A stretch of 64,000 bases of DNA from Candidatus Peregrinibacteria bacterium CG10_big_fil_rev_8_21_14_0_10_55_24 (GCA_002772745.1 PFDV01000008.1:21828-85827); one strand, 5' to 3'. Shown: positions 7,654 through 17,334, counted from the first letter of the stretch. Numbers and translations are program-made. Notes: a model not told the origin generated them from the sequence alone.

Positions 7654-8604
7654 ATGCGCGCCTTCATCCTCGCCGGTGGCTTCGCCACGCGTCTCTGGCC
7701 ACTCACGGAACGCAGGGCTAAGCCGCTGCTCCCCCTCGCCGGCAAGCCGATTCTCTCCTCTATTGTGGAGCAAATTCCCGCGGATATTCCCGTGACCATT
7801 TCCACGAATGCCGTGCTGGAGGAGGGATTCCGTTCCTGGGAGAAAACATGTGAACGCCCCCTCGAGATCCTGATTGAGGACACCCGCAACGATGATCAGA
7901 AACTCGGCGCACTGGGTGCCGTGCGCCAGTGGATACGGGAACACCACGTTGATGAGGACATCTTGCTCCTCACGGGAGATAACTACTTCGGCTTTGATCT
8001 CAGTGCGTTCCTGCGCTGCGCACAGGGACCGGCACTCCTTGCCGCACACGATGTAGGAGATCGTGAACGCGCACGCGCATTCGGAACGGTCATCCTGGGC
8101 CCGGACCACCGAACCATTGAGGCATTTGAGGAGAAACCGCTTTCGCCGCGAACGTCGCTGGTGAGTACGGGGTGCTCACTGCTCCCCAAATCCGCTCTTC
8201 CCACCCTCATGGAATTTGCTAAACATCATCCCGATAATGTAGGAGGGATTTTCGAAGAACTTCTGCGACGGGGAGACCCCGTTGAGTGTTTTACCTTTAC
8301 CGAACACTGGTTCGACATCGGCTCATTTGAAGCCTACCTGGAAGCAACGCAGGCACTGGTGGGCGATCACATGCTCTCCGAGAGTACGGCGATACTGAAG
8401 AATGTGGAGACGCGGGGGAGCGTCGTTATTGGTAAAAACTCCCACGTTGAGGAGAGCTCCCTTAAGAACGTGGTACTGTTCGAGGGATGCACGGTGCGCG
8501 ATTGCGTGCTGGAGAACTGCATCCTCGACCGTCACTGCCACCTGGAGGGCATAGACCTGACGGGCAAGATGTTGAGAGAAAACTCCCGGCTGGTGAGACA
8601 CTGA
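7654..8604 (+). CDS. Sugar-1-phosphate nucleotidyltransferase with C-terminal left-handed beta-helix
   Basis: MRAFILAGGFATRLWPLTERRAKPLLPLAGKPIL is the canonical NTP_transferase N-terminus, and the C-terminus has hexapeptide-like repeats. The 41 upstream codons of the track ORF read through a low-complexity repeat. Confidence 0.8.
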   Translation: MRAFILAGGFATRLWPLTERRAKPLLPLAGKPILSSIVEQIPADIPVTISTNAVLEEGFRSWEKTCERPLEILIEDTRNDDQKLGALGAVRQWIREHHVDEDILLLTGDNYFGFDLSAFLRCAQGPALLAAHDVGDRERARAFGTVILGPDHRTIEAFEEKPLSPRTSLVSTGCSLLPKSALPTLMEFAKHHPDNVGGIFEELLRRGDPVECFTFTEHWFDIGSFEAYLEATQALVGDHMLSESTAILKNVETRGSVVIGKNSHVEESSLKNVVLFEGCTVRDCVLENCILDRHCHLEGIDLTGKMLRENSRLVRH

Positions 8605-8606
8605 AC

Positions 8607-8641
8607 ATGCGAAATGGAGCATGGAAAATGGATAATGGCAA
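8607..8641 (+). repeat. 7-bp tandem array (ATGGAnn), 4-5 units
   Basis: Units: atggagc atggaaa atggata atggcaa. It starts 3 nt after the nucleotidyltransferase stop codon. Confidence 0.75.
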
Positions 8642-8784
8642 CGAACAACTCTTTGCGGGCAAGGTGCGACGATCATGGCTCACACTGCACCCCGTGTTTC
8701 ACGCAGAATACTTTGCAGAAACACAGGTGTTCCATTGCGTCCGATACCCCCCTTCCCTACACTCAGCCCGATTTGCGTAGAACT

Positions 8785-9447
8785 ATGAGAAAACGTATTC
8801 TCGCGCTCTCCGGCCTCCTGTTCCTCACCGCCTGTATTGGATCGCAGACGCTTGCCATGACTGCTCACTTCCGCACCGAGGATTCCGGCCGTAAGGCACA
8901 GGTGATCGCCGCACTGGAACGTGTGCTGGAACGTCGTGTATACGCCATTGAGGGCACGATCCCGGACACGATCATACGCGGAGAGGGAGAGAGCGCTCGC
9001 GTCACCGTACCCGTTGATGAGAAGGAGAGTAAGGAAATTCTTGCAGCACAGCTTACGGCTCCCCTGGGTTTCCGCCTCATGATCGAAACCGCCGAAGGGG
9101 AAGAACCCGACCTCACGAGCGAAGAGTTCGGATCGTTCTCGGATACCGGTATCACGGAAACAGTGATCGACTGGGTATATGCAGGGGAACAAGAGAGCAA
9201 AGGGACCATTTCGATCACCTTCACACCGGAGGGTGTCACGCTCCTTAAGCCCTTATTCGAGAAAAACGCAGGAAAGCGCCTGGGGCTTTTTGTGCACGGC
9301 GGCCTGGTATCGACATACGTCATCCGGGAAGGAGAGGATGATAAGGACAACATCGTCATCACAGGAATCCCTTCGAGCGATCTTGCACAAATCTTTGCCG
9401 ACGACGTGAATGTCGGCACCTACGTGACATTCACTTCGATCCCCTAA
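8785..9447 (+). CDS. Lipoprotein with a SecD-head-like C-terminal segment
   Basis: MRKRILALSGLLFLTAC is a lipobox. The C-terminal LGLFVHGGLVSTYVIREG...ITGIPSSDLAQIFADDVN resembles the SecD P1 segment. The start is chosen at ATG 8785. Confidence 0.6.
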   Translation: MRKRILALSGLLFLTACIGSQTLAMTAHFRTEDSGRKAQVIAALERVLERRVYAIEGTIPDTIIRGEGESARVTVPVDEKESKEILAAQLTAPLGFRLMIETAEGEEPDLTSEEFGSFSDTGITETVIDWVYAGEQESKGTISITFTPEGVTLLKPLFEKNAGKRLGLFVHGGLVSTYVIREGEDDKDNIVITGIPSSDLAQIFADDVNVGTYVTFTSIP

Positions 9448-9451
9448 TCTC

Positions 9452-11875
9452 ATGCATGCACGTCGTCCCTATGCCTGGCCCATCCTCACTGTTGTCGTTG
9501 CGGCAATCGTGATCATCGTGGCACTCCCCCAACACATGAGACAGTGGGCTCCCGGGATTCTGGGGGGAGCTCAGCTCCACTACGGGCTGGATCTGGTGGG
9601 AGGAACGCAGTTGGATTTCCGCATTTCCGAGCAGGAGATGCGCGATCAGGCGCAGAGATTGAAGGAAGAACTGGCCGCGTTGGAAAACCAGAACGGTTCT
9701 GTTGAGGATATGAACTTACTGCAAGCACAACTCATCGCCATTGAGGATCAGCAACGCGGCATCGTCGAAGCGATTCGCACAGTCCTGGAGCGGAGGATCA
9801 ACTCGTTGGGTGTGAGCGAAGCAGTGATCACTCCCTCGTACGTCGGAGAGGAGAAACATCTGCTGGTGGAATGCCCCGGTATCGTGGAGACCCAGGACTG
9901 CATCAATATCGTGGGGAAAACCATCCAGCTTGAATTCAAGGAAGAATTCACCGAACCTACGGAGGAATTTGAGCAGAGCGTGCATGACCGCGTGCGCTCC
10001 ATCCAGCGTCGCATGACACAGAGTGGAGACACCTTGGCTGTCATTGGCGAGGACATGAGTGACGATCTGGGCGTGTACTACATCGATGCACACCCCTTCT
10101 TTAAAGATCAGCTCCCGGAAGGCCTGGACACCCTCTGGAATCTTACTCCCAAGACCGGAGTGCGTGAGGTGGAAGGAACCCTGCAAATCCCCTCTCGCGG
10201 TGATGACGGCCAGGTCTACGCTCAGGACATTCCCGGCATTTACCTCGCGGAAATCACGCAGACGCGTACCGAAACAGGACGAATACTGGAGGATCAGGCA
10301 ATGGCCCTGGAGTACTTGGCTTCCTCCGATCGCACACTCTCGTTAAAAACGCAGGAGAATACACAGCTCACCGACGCACAGGATGAACTGACACAAGCAC
10401 TGCGAGAGATGGCTCCCAATGACGTACGTACGGTCACCACCCCCCAAGGAACAATGGTGGTCATCCTGCGTTCCCGCACGCTGGGCACCGAACAGGTGGA
10501 GGCCAGCCATATCCTGATTTCCTACAAGGGAGCGCTCTCCTCCGATGAGAGCGTGACAAGAACAAAGGAGGAAGCACTTTCTCTCGCTCAGGAGCTTAAA
10601 GAACGCATTGATGGAGGAGAAGATTACGTCAATCTTGCACGTGCCTATTCCGACGGTCCTTCGGGTGAGGAGGGCGGCACGCTGGGCACCTTCGGTCGCG
10701 GGACGATGGTTCCCGCATTCGAAGACGTCGCCTTTGCGCTCCCCTCTGGCTCGGTAAGCGACCCCGTGGAAACCCAATTCGGGTACCACATTATCCGCGT
10801 GGAACAGGGTGTCCAGCGCTCTCCCGACACCGTCTCGTACGATACGTTAACCGTGTCGGGAGACGACGCCATTTCCCGCGCTGCCACCATCGCAGAACAG
10901 GTGAAAAGCGGCTCCGTGGAACGCCAGGAAGAGTTCACAACCATCCGCGCCATCTTCTTTTCGCTGCTCCCCACAGGCTGGAAGGATACGACACTCGACG
11001 GGAAACATTTCCGTTCGGCTACCGTCACCTTAGACCCCACGACCAATCTTCCGCTCGTGCAGATTACCTTCGATGCAGAGGGGGCCCGCCTCTTCCAGGA
11101 ACTCACGAAAATGAACGTAGGAAAGCGCATCGCCATCTTCGTTGGAGGAGAGCTGGTTTCCGCTCCAACCGTGCAGACAGAAATTGCCGGCGGCATTGCG
11201 GTCATCACGGGGAGCCAGAACTTCGAGGAAGCCAAGACACTCGCCACGGACTTGAATACGGGAGCGATTCCGGCGCCCATCTACCTAGCAGGACAACACA
11301 CGGTGGAAGCAACTCTGGGGGCACAGGCTCTCGAAAATTCTCTGAAGGCCGCACTGATCGGCATCGTTGTCCTCATGCTCTATATGGTGCTCATCTACCG
11401 GCTCTTGGGTGTCTTTGCCAACCTCGCACTCCTCGTGTACGCGGCGCTCTTCTTCGCCGTTCTCAAGCTCCCGCTTTTCCTCTTTTCCAGCCAGTACATT
11501 GTTCTCACGCTCGCCGGTATGGCGGGTATCATCCTCTCCATCGGCATGGCCGTGGACGCCAACGTGCTCATCTTCGAGCGCATCAAGGAGGAACTGCGCA
11601 AAGGCAAACTCTTCAAGACCGCCGTGGAAACCGGCTTCTTACGTGCTTGGCCCAGTATCCGCGACGGCAACGTGTCGACGGTGATCACCTGCGTCATCCT
11701 CTTCGCTGTTGGCACATCTGTTGTGCGCGGCTTTGCCGTGACCCTCGGCATGGGTGTGGTCATCTCGATGTTCTCGGCGATTGTTGTGACCCACTGGTTT
11801 CTGCGCCGCATCGCCAAAACTCCACTCGCAGAAAAGACTTCTCTCTTCGGAGTCCGCAGAATGAACACGCCATGA
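9452..11875 (+). CDS. secD: Protein translocase subunit SecD with an inserted PpiC/parvulin-type PPIase domain
   Basis: TM1; LHYGLDLVGGTQLDF; the parvulin block ASHILISYKG...GTLGTFGRGTMVPAFEDVAFAL...GYHIIRVEQ; then IAIFVGGELVSAPTVQTEIAGG...GAIPAPI and the six-helix C-terminal SecD membrane domain (GMAVDANVLIFERIKEE). Confidence 0.8.
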   Translation: MHARRPYAWPILTVVVAAIVIIVALPQHMRQWAPGILGGAQLHYGLDLVGGTQLDFRISEQEMRDQAQRLKEELAALENQNGSVEDMNLLQAQLIAIEDQQRGIVEAIRTVLERRINSLGVSEAVITPSYVGEEKHLLVECPGIVETQDCINIVGKTIQLEFKEEFTEPTEEFEQSVHDRVRSIQRRMTQSGDTLAVIGEDMSDDLGVYYIDAHPFFKDQLPEGLDTLWNLTPKTGVREVEGTLQIPSRGDDGQVYAQDIPGIYLAEITQTRTETGRILEDQAMALEYLASSDRTLSLKTQENTQLTDAQDELTQALREMAPNDVRTVTTPQGTMVVILRSRTLGTEQVEASHILISYKGALSSDESVTRTKEEALSLAQELKERIDGGEDYVNLARAYSDGPSGEEGGTLGTFGRGTMVPAFEDVAFALPSGSVSDPVETQFGYHIIRVEQGVQRSPDTVSYDTLTVSGDDAISRAATIAEQVKSGSVERQEEFTTIRAIFFSLLPTGWKDTTLDGKHFRSATVTLDPTTNLPLVQITFDAEGARLFQELTKMNVGKRIAIFVGGELVSAPTVQTEIAGGIAVITGSQNFEEAKTLATDLNTGAIPAPIYLAGQHTVEATLGAQALENSLKAALIGIVVLMLYMVLIYRLLGVFANLALLVYAALFFAVLKLPLFLFSSQYIVLTLAGMAGIILSIGMAVDANVLIFERIKEELRKGKLFKTAVETGFLRAWPSIRDGNVSTVITCVILFAVGTSVVRGFAVTLGMGVVISMFSAIVVTHWFLRRIAKTPLAEKTSLFGVRRMNTP

Positions 11876-12216
11876 GCGATTGTCTCTCCATTGAAGATCT
11901 GGAGTTCACGACGTGCATCGGCGTGACCGATGAGGAACGCAAGGTTCCGCAGCAGCTCCTCTTGAGCATACAGTGGGAAACCGACGCCCGGAGCACCGCC
12001 AAGGAGGATAAACCCGTGGAACACCAGGACTACGAGCGTATCGCCGTGGCTCTGCGTGCACTGGCCCGAACCCCCCGGCACACCATTGAGCGCTTGGCTC
12101 AGGACGTTGCCAACCTCCTTCTCACTGATTTTAAGGTACCGTCGGTATCGGTATCCGTAAAAAAGAAAGCTCTCCCTGATGCGAAATCCGTCGTGCTCAC
12201 CCTTACCCGCCCATAG
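11872..12216 (+). CDS. folB: Dihydroneopterin aldolase
   Basis: 114 aa. Has LSIEDLEFTTCIGVTDEERKVPQQLLLSI, the typical FolB N-terminus. ATGA overlap with the secD stop. Confidence 0.75.
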   Translation: MSDCLSIEDLEFTTCIGVTDEERKVPQQLLLSIQWETDARSTAKEDKPVEHQDYERIAVALRALARTPRHTIERLAQDVANLLLTDFKVPSVSVSVKKKALPDAKSVVLTLTRP

Positions 12217-12710
12217 CGCGCGTCTTCGTTGGTATCGGCTCAAACATAGCGGCAGAGGAGCATCTCTTGGCAACGGCAGGATTGCTGCTGAAAACGTGGC
12301 CCGGAACGCGGTTCTCCTCGGTATACCGCAGCACTGCACGCGAGTATGAGGAGCAGGAAGATTTCCTCAATGCCGTTGCGCTCATAGAAACAATGCAGAA
12401 CCCGGAGGAAGTTCTGCGAATACTCGTGGAAATAGAGCGGGCTCTCGGAAAAAATCTCCCCTTCCGTTTTGGCCCCCGTACGATCGACCTGGATCTCTTA
12501 CTCTACGACAATCGTGTGCTCGAGAGCAGCACACTGATACTTCCCCATCCGCGCATGCACGAACGGCGCTTCGTCTTGGAACCGCTCTGCGAGCTCATAG
12601 ACCCGGAGGAGCAACATCCCCGGCTCGCTGTGTCGTGGAGAGAGCTCCTGGATGAGACCGCGGAGCAACGCTGCGAATGTATCACGCTTCGGCTGGAGAA
12701 ATCCTCGTAA
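12213..12710 (+). CDS. folK: 2-amino-4-hydroxy-6-hydroxymethyldihydropteridine diphosphokinase (HPPK). Start codon uncertain.
   Basis: Motifs RFGPRTIDLDLLLYD and LPHPRMHERRFVLEPL. The conserved beta-1 strand (RVFVGIGSNI) lies upstream of the first canonical start (TTG 12267). The frame is open from 12180, with only ATA 12213 or ATC 12186 available as starts. Confidence 0.75.
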   Translation: MARVFVGIGSNIAAEEHLLATAGLLLKTWPGTRFSSVYRSTAREYEEQEDFLNAVALIETMQNPEEVLRILVEIERALGKNLPFRFGPRTIDLDLLLYDNRVLESSTLILPHPRMHERRFVLEPLCELIDPEEQHPRLAVSWRELLDETAEQRCECITLRLEKSS

Positions 12711-12752
12711 ACCACTGGAGCGCAGAGCTGGCCACCGATAGAGTCGCGCCAT

Positions 12753-13298
12753 ATGGAGGAGCAGTTCCGCACCATCCTCACGACCATCGGGGAAGATCCT
12801 GAACGTCCGGGTTTGCGGCGCACACCCAAGCGCTGCAGCGACGCAATGCGCTTTCTGACCTCAGGGTACAACCAGAACCTGGAAGAGATTGTGAACGGAG
12901 CCCTGTTCGAAGCGGAGATGGACGAAATGATCATTATGAAAGACATTGAGTGTTATTCTCTCTGCGAGCACCATCTGCTCCCCTTCGTGGGCAAGGTGCA
13001 TGTGGGGTACATCCCGCAAAAGCACGTGATAGGGCTCAGCAAGATCCCACGCATCGTGGATGTTTTCGCACGCAGACTCCAGATTCAGGAGCAACTGGGT
13101 CAACAGATCTGCGACGCACTTCAGGAAATCCTCAAACCAAAGGGGGTGGGCGTCGTCATCGAGGCGAGCCACTTCTGCATGATGATGCGCGGCGTGGAAA
13201 AGCAGCATTCCATCGCCGTCACCAGCCACATGCGCGGGCTCTTCAAGCGTGACGCACGCACGCGTCAGGAGTTCCTGACGCTCATCGGCAAACGCTAG
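12753..13298 (+). CDS. folE: GTP cyclohydrolase I
   Basis: Motifs [36 protein letters not shown] and RLQIQEQL. Confidence 0.9.
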   Translation: MEEQFRTILTTIGEDPERPGLRRTPKRCSDAMRFLTSGYNQNLEEIVNGALFEAEMDEMIIMKDIECYSLCEHHLLPFVGKVHVGYIPQKHVIGLSKIPRIVDVFARRLQIQEQLGQQICDALQEILKPKGVGVVIEASHFCMMMRGVEKQHSIAVTSHMRGLFKRDARTRQEFLTLIGKR

Positions 13299-13969
13299 TT
13301 TTGTTCCGCGAAGTTTTCACGATGCCTGCGGATGATCTCCGCCTGTAGGCTCTGCATATCCCCTGTTCTGAGCGCGTCCTCAATGAGGGCATCACCGTCA
13401 CCGCCGATGGCGTCGGCGAGCGCATTCCCTTGGTCTACGAACCCCTTGTACTCGGCGGTAAGATCGCCGGACTGATTAGCTTGGGTGCTGGGCTGCCACT
13501 CGGCAAGAGCGTGAACAGTGACTGTTTCCAGTCGATTGCGGTTCGCATAGCGGATACGGTCGAGGTTGTAGTGCCCCGCCTGCTTCCACTTGTGGATGTG
13601 CTCGTGCTCACGAACACGCTGCCAGTACCCGCGATTCTCCGGGGCAAAATCTGCTGCCTGTGTGCTCAAAACCACACGCCGGCTCTCCATGTGTGTGAGG
13701 CCGGCCGCATCCTGCTCCTCGGTATGCCCTACGAAATTCTCAGAGCCGATGAGTGATGTAAGGCGCCGCTGATACCCCTGCGCTTGCGCCATGGTTTCTC
13801 CGATGAGTGTGTGGATATCATCGCCACACTGTTCGCACTGAGCTTCAACATGTTCCCGAGCGTGTTCACGAACATGCTCAGCGAAGGCGTGCACACTGAG
13901 CTCGCCGGAGAGTTCCTCCTGCTCTTCCTCCACGCTGCGCTCGACGATGTTCTCTGCGATGGAAACCAT
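13295..13969 (-). CDS. Hypothetical protein with a HEHIH (HExxH-like) motif
   Basis: Track ORF of 224 aa, acidic, with [11 protein letters not shown]. Convergent 4-nt overlap with folE. Confidence 0.5.
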   Translation of the reverse strand: MVSIAENIVERSVEEEQEELSGELSVHAFAEHVREHAREHVEAQCEQCGDDIHTLIGETMAQAQGYQRRLTSLIGSENFVGHTEEQDAAGLTHMESRRVVLSTQAADFAPENRGYWQRVREHEHIHKWKQAGHYNLDRIRYANRNRLETVTVHALAEWQPSTQANQSGDLTAEYKGFVDQGNALADAIGGDGDALIEDALRTGDMQSLQAEIIRRHRENFAEQN

Positions 13970-14081
13970 GGTGTGGATAGTGTCATGGAAGAGCTGCCAA
14001 TGAGATAGTCCGAAGACGGAGAAAATGCCGGAGATTTAGAAAAATGGCTGTATGAAGCAAAAAAAATACGTCTATCGATCC

Positions 14082-14573
14082 CTACTTCTTCTCGTAGAGA
14101 AGAAAGGTAAAAGGCACGGCATGTTCCTCATCCGCCTCGTGCCGCTGACGACTGACCTCGCGCCACTCTGTGCCGGAGAATGCAGGGAAGAACGCGTCGC
14201 CGTTGGGAACATCCATGTGCACACGCGTAAGATCGATGTGCGTGGCGAACGGCAACGCCTGCGCGTAGATCTCTCCTCCGCCGATAACACACGCTTCTTC
14301 CACACCATCCCGTTCGAGCAGAGCAATAGCTTCCTCAATGGAATGCACCACCTCGCAACCGTCGATCTCCATATCCTGGCGCGTTACGACGATGTTGCGC
14401 CGCCCGGGGAGCACGCGCCCGATGGATTCGTGCGTCTTCCTCCCCATGATGATGGGCTTACCTGTGGTCACCACATGGAAGTGACGGAAATCTTCCGGGA
14501 GCTTCCACGGAATCGCGCCCTTTCGCCCAATAACACTGTTCTCAGAGGCCGCTGCAATAAGCGTGATGTTCAT
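14082..14573 (-). CDS. folA: Dihydrofolate reductase
   Basis: MNITLIAAASENSVIGRKGAIPWKLPEDFRHFHVVTTGKPIIMGRKTHESIG is the canonical DHFR N-terminus. Confidence 0.9.
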   Translation of the reverse strand: MNITLIAAASENSVIGRKGAIPWKLPEDFRHFHVVTTGKPIIMGRKTHESIGRVLPGRRNIVVTRQDMEIDGCEVVHSIEEAIALLERDGVEEACVIGGGEIYAQALPFATHIDLTRVHMDVPNGDAFFPAFSGTEWREVSRQRHEADEEHAVPFTFLLYEKK

Positions 14574-14582
14574 GAGGATATT

Positions 14583-15482
14583 CTACACAGCAATCGGTGC
14601 CTTGATCGCCGGATGCGGATTGTAATTCAAAATCTCAATATCCTCGAAGGTAAAATTGAAAATGTTCTTTACCGCCGGATTCAACTTGATCTGCGCAAAC
14701 TCTCGCGGCTCGCGCTCAAGCTGCTCGAGCGCCTGCTCCATGTGATTGAGATAGAGATGCGTGTCTCCAATCGTGTGGATGAACTCACCGACTTGGAGCC
14801 CCGTCACCTGCGCGATCATGTGTGTGAGCAGACTGTAGGAAGCAATGTTAAAGGGGACGCCGAGGAAGAAATCCGCCGAACGCTGGTAGAGCTGGCAACT
14901 TAAACGTCCATTGAGGACGTAGAACTGGAACATCGTATGACAGAGCGGCGGAGCGGAGCGCTTGCCGGAGATTAAACCCTGGATATCCGCCACATTCCAG
15001 CCGCTCACGATCAGCCTCCGCGAGTCGGGATTGCGCTTGATCTCCTCCACAACATTGTGAATCTGGTTAATCTCCCGACCATCGGAGCCTTGCCATCGGA
15101 TCCACTGCTTGCCGTACACGGGACCCAGATCCCCCCACTCCTGCGCAAAGACATTGTCGGTACGGATCTTCTCCACGAATTCCTCCAACGTTTCGCCCCG
15201 AAAGGCACTACTCGCCTTGTATCCCTCGTAGGGCCACTCGTTCCAGATCTTGACCCCTCGATCCACCAGATACTTGATGTTCGTATCACCTTGGAGGAAC
15301 CACAGGAGCTCATGAATGATCCCCTTGGTAAAGACCTTCTTCGTCGTGAGGAGCGGGAACCCCTTGGTGAGATCGTAGCGCGTCTGCGTTCCGAAGATCG
15401 AGAGCGTTCCCGTGCCCGTACGATCATCTTTGCGTTGACCTTCGTTGACGAGCCGACGGAGGAGCGTGAGGTACTGCTGCAT
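14583..15482 (-). CDS. thyA: Thymidylate synthase (ThyA type)
   Basis: Motifs [35 protein letters not shown] and DTHLYLNH. Confidence 0.95.
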   Translation of the reverse strand: MQQYLTLLRRLVNEGQRKDDRTGTGTLSIFGTQTRYDLTKGFPLLTTKKVFTKGIIHELLWFLQGDTNIKYLVDRGVKIWNEWPYEGYKASSAFRGETLEEFVEKIRTDNVFAQEWGDLGPVYGKQWIRWQGSDGREINQIHNVVEEIKRNPDSRRLIVSGWNVADIQGLISGKRSAPPLCHTMFQFYVLNGRLSCQLYQRSADFFLGVPFNIASYSLLTHMIAQVTGLQVGEFIHTIGDTHLYLNHMEQALEQLEREPREFAQIKLNPAVKNIFNFTFEDIEILNYNPHPAIKAPIAV

Positions 15483-15522
15483 GGGTGCATCATGCTACAA
15501 GCTCCAGGTCCTCAACGACAAG

Positions 15523-17334
15523 TCACTGCGATCCGAATGTGAATGCGTAGCCTGCAAGCCCCTTCCCAGTAATGCGCAGGACTATCTCGTGCTCCCCGTA
15601 CTCTCCTCTGTAGAGCTGATAGAGATCGTGGTGATCCACGGTGATGCTCTCCATTTCCTCTCCGTCCACAATGACACGTATGCTCGCAGAAGTGCCTTCC
15701 TCTTCTGTGCCAAGAACGAGGTTGGCTTCGGAACCTAGGAAGTGCAGGCGAATCTCCCCTTGATTAGAGCGCAAAACCTGTTGCTCTTCATCAATGAGTT
15801 GCCAATCGCCAACGAGCGCGTAGCGGTGGAGCGAGAGGGATGCGGGTGCCGTGTAAGAGATGATTCCTCGCATGGGCACAGTTGATCCGTTGGCAAGCGC
15901 TGGCCAACTGCGCACGCCCATGTATGTCTCCGGCGTTTGGTCGCGGCGAAGATCGGAAACAACCTCGGGAACATCATGCATTTCTTCCAAAACCCCGATC
16001 TCCATAAGGAGCGTTTGCACTGCCTCATCGGTCTCGTCGTACGCTCCTTCGCCGAAATGCGTGTAGCGGATGTTCCCTTCGGCATCAATTAAGTACTTCG
16101 CAGGCCAGTAGCGATTGGCAAAAGCTTTCCATGTCTCATAGTCGTTATCTTGAGCAACAGGATATGTGAGCCCGTGCTTCTCGATAGCCTTGGCGACGTT
16201 CTGTGGATCCTTCTCAAAGACAAACTCAGGCGTATGCACCCCAATAAGTACGAACGGCTTGCTTTGATACTTCTCCCATAGTGCCTGAATGTGCGGCAGT
16301 GTACGGATACAGTTGATGCAACTGTAGGTCCAGAAATCGACGAGAATGACCTTTCCTCGGAGACTTTCAAGTGCCAAGGGTTTGCTGTTGTGCCACGGAT
16401 CAAGTCCGCGAAACTCCGGTGCGCGACTGAGGACAGGGAGTGTATCAAATAACATGGATGGAGAGGGAGAAGAGGTTACGCCGAAGGCTTGCTCAAGATC
16501 TTTAGCAAAGAAACGCTCCTCAAGCTGAGTTCCAATCGAACCGAAGGGTGTCTTCTCCGCAAACCACGTCTGGAGATCTGTAAACCAGCCAAAGGCGAGG
16601 AGAAGCGCGGTTGCAATGAGGAGAACGCCAGCTCCACGTTCTAGAGTACCACTCCACCGATTGAGCGTATGCACGCGACTGACGATCGCCTGCCCGCCGT
16701 ACCCAACAAGAAGAAGTGGAAGAGCCGTCCCTGTACCGTACGCCGTGAGGAGACCCAGGGCCTGGAGCCCCGGTTGCTCACGCACCAACGTGAATGCAAA
16801 CGCGAGTGCCGGACCGGCACATGGTACCCAGACAAGCCCCAGTGTAAGACCGATGAGGAATGCAGTCAGAGGGTTGCCTTCACCGAATTCCTGGCGTGCC
16901 CCACCCTGAACGCGGGCACCGAATTGCTGGAGAGCAGCGGCGATTCTCCCTCCGACAAGCACGGCGATCACACCGGCTATAGCACCCAAACTAACACCCC
17001 AAACACCCCAACGCAGGAAGAGGAACGATCCTACAAGAGCCCCCGCCATACGCACCACTCTGTTCTCTGAGAGGAATCCGACACCGAAGAGAAAGAGAAC
17101 GTAATACGTTCCTGTACGCAGGATCTGGTCCAAGCTCACAAAATTCTCCAGGAATACAAGGAGCAGGAACGTGAGTCCGACAAAACTCACGAGCATACCC
17201 AGCACCGTGAGGAGTGGACGCCATGGACTGCGCCCGGTAACGCTCACTCCCACGACAATGGGGACGAGCGGCAGAATGCAGGGGAGCAGAATGGTGAAGA
17301 CTCCTGCAGCGAAGAGAATGACGTATAAACTCAT
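15523..17334 (-). CDS. DipZ-like fusion: CcdA/DsbD-type membrane domain, thioredoxin-like (TlpA/AhpC-TSA) domain and a C-terminal beta domain
   Basis: The N-terminal polytopic region has LPCILP and WVPCAGP cysteine motifs. The thioredoxin-fold motif is VILVDFWTYSCINCIRTLPHI. Confidence 0.8.
   Translation of the reverse strand: MSLYVILFAAGVFTILLPCILPLVPIVVGVSVTGRSPWRPLLTVLGMLVSFVGLTFLLLVFLENFVSLDQILRTGTYYVLFLFGVGFLSENRVVRMAGALVGSFLFLRWGVWGVSLGAIAGVIAVLVGGRIAAALQQFGARVQGGARQEFGEGNPLTAFLIGLTLGLVWVPCAGPALAFAFTLVREQPGLQALGLLTAYGTGTALPLLLVGYGGQAIVSRVHTLNRWSGTLERGAGVLLIATALLLAFGWFTDLQTWFAEKTPFGSIGTQLEERFFAKDLEQAFGVTSSPSPSMLFDTLPVLSRAPEFRGLDPWHNSKPLALESLRGKVILVDFWTYSCINCIRTLPHIQALWEKYQSKPFVLIGVHTPEFVFEKDPQNVAKAIEKHGLTYPVAQDNDYETWKAFANRYWPAKYLIDAEGNIRYTHFGEGAYDETDEAVQTLLMEIGVLEEMHDVPEVVSDLRRDQTPETYMGVRSWPALANGSTVPMRGIISYTAPASLSLHRYALVGDWQLIDEEQQVLRSNQGEIRLHFLGSEANLVLGTEEEGTSASIRVIVDGEEMESITVDHHDLYQLYRGEYGEHEIVLRITGKGLAGYAFTFGSQ

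Noticed and set aside
14052-14903. 283-aa plus-strand ORF
   Set aside because: It is antisense to folA and thyA, both of which carry unmistakable family motifs.
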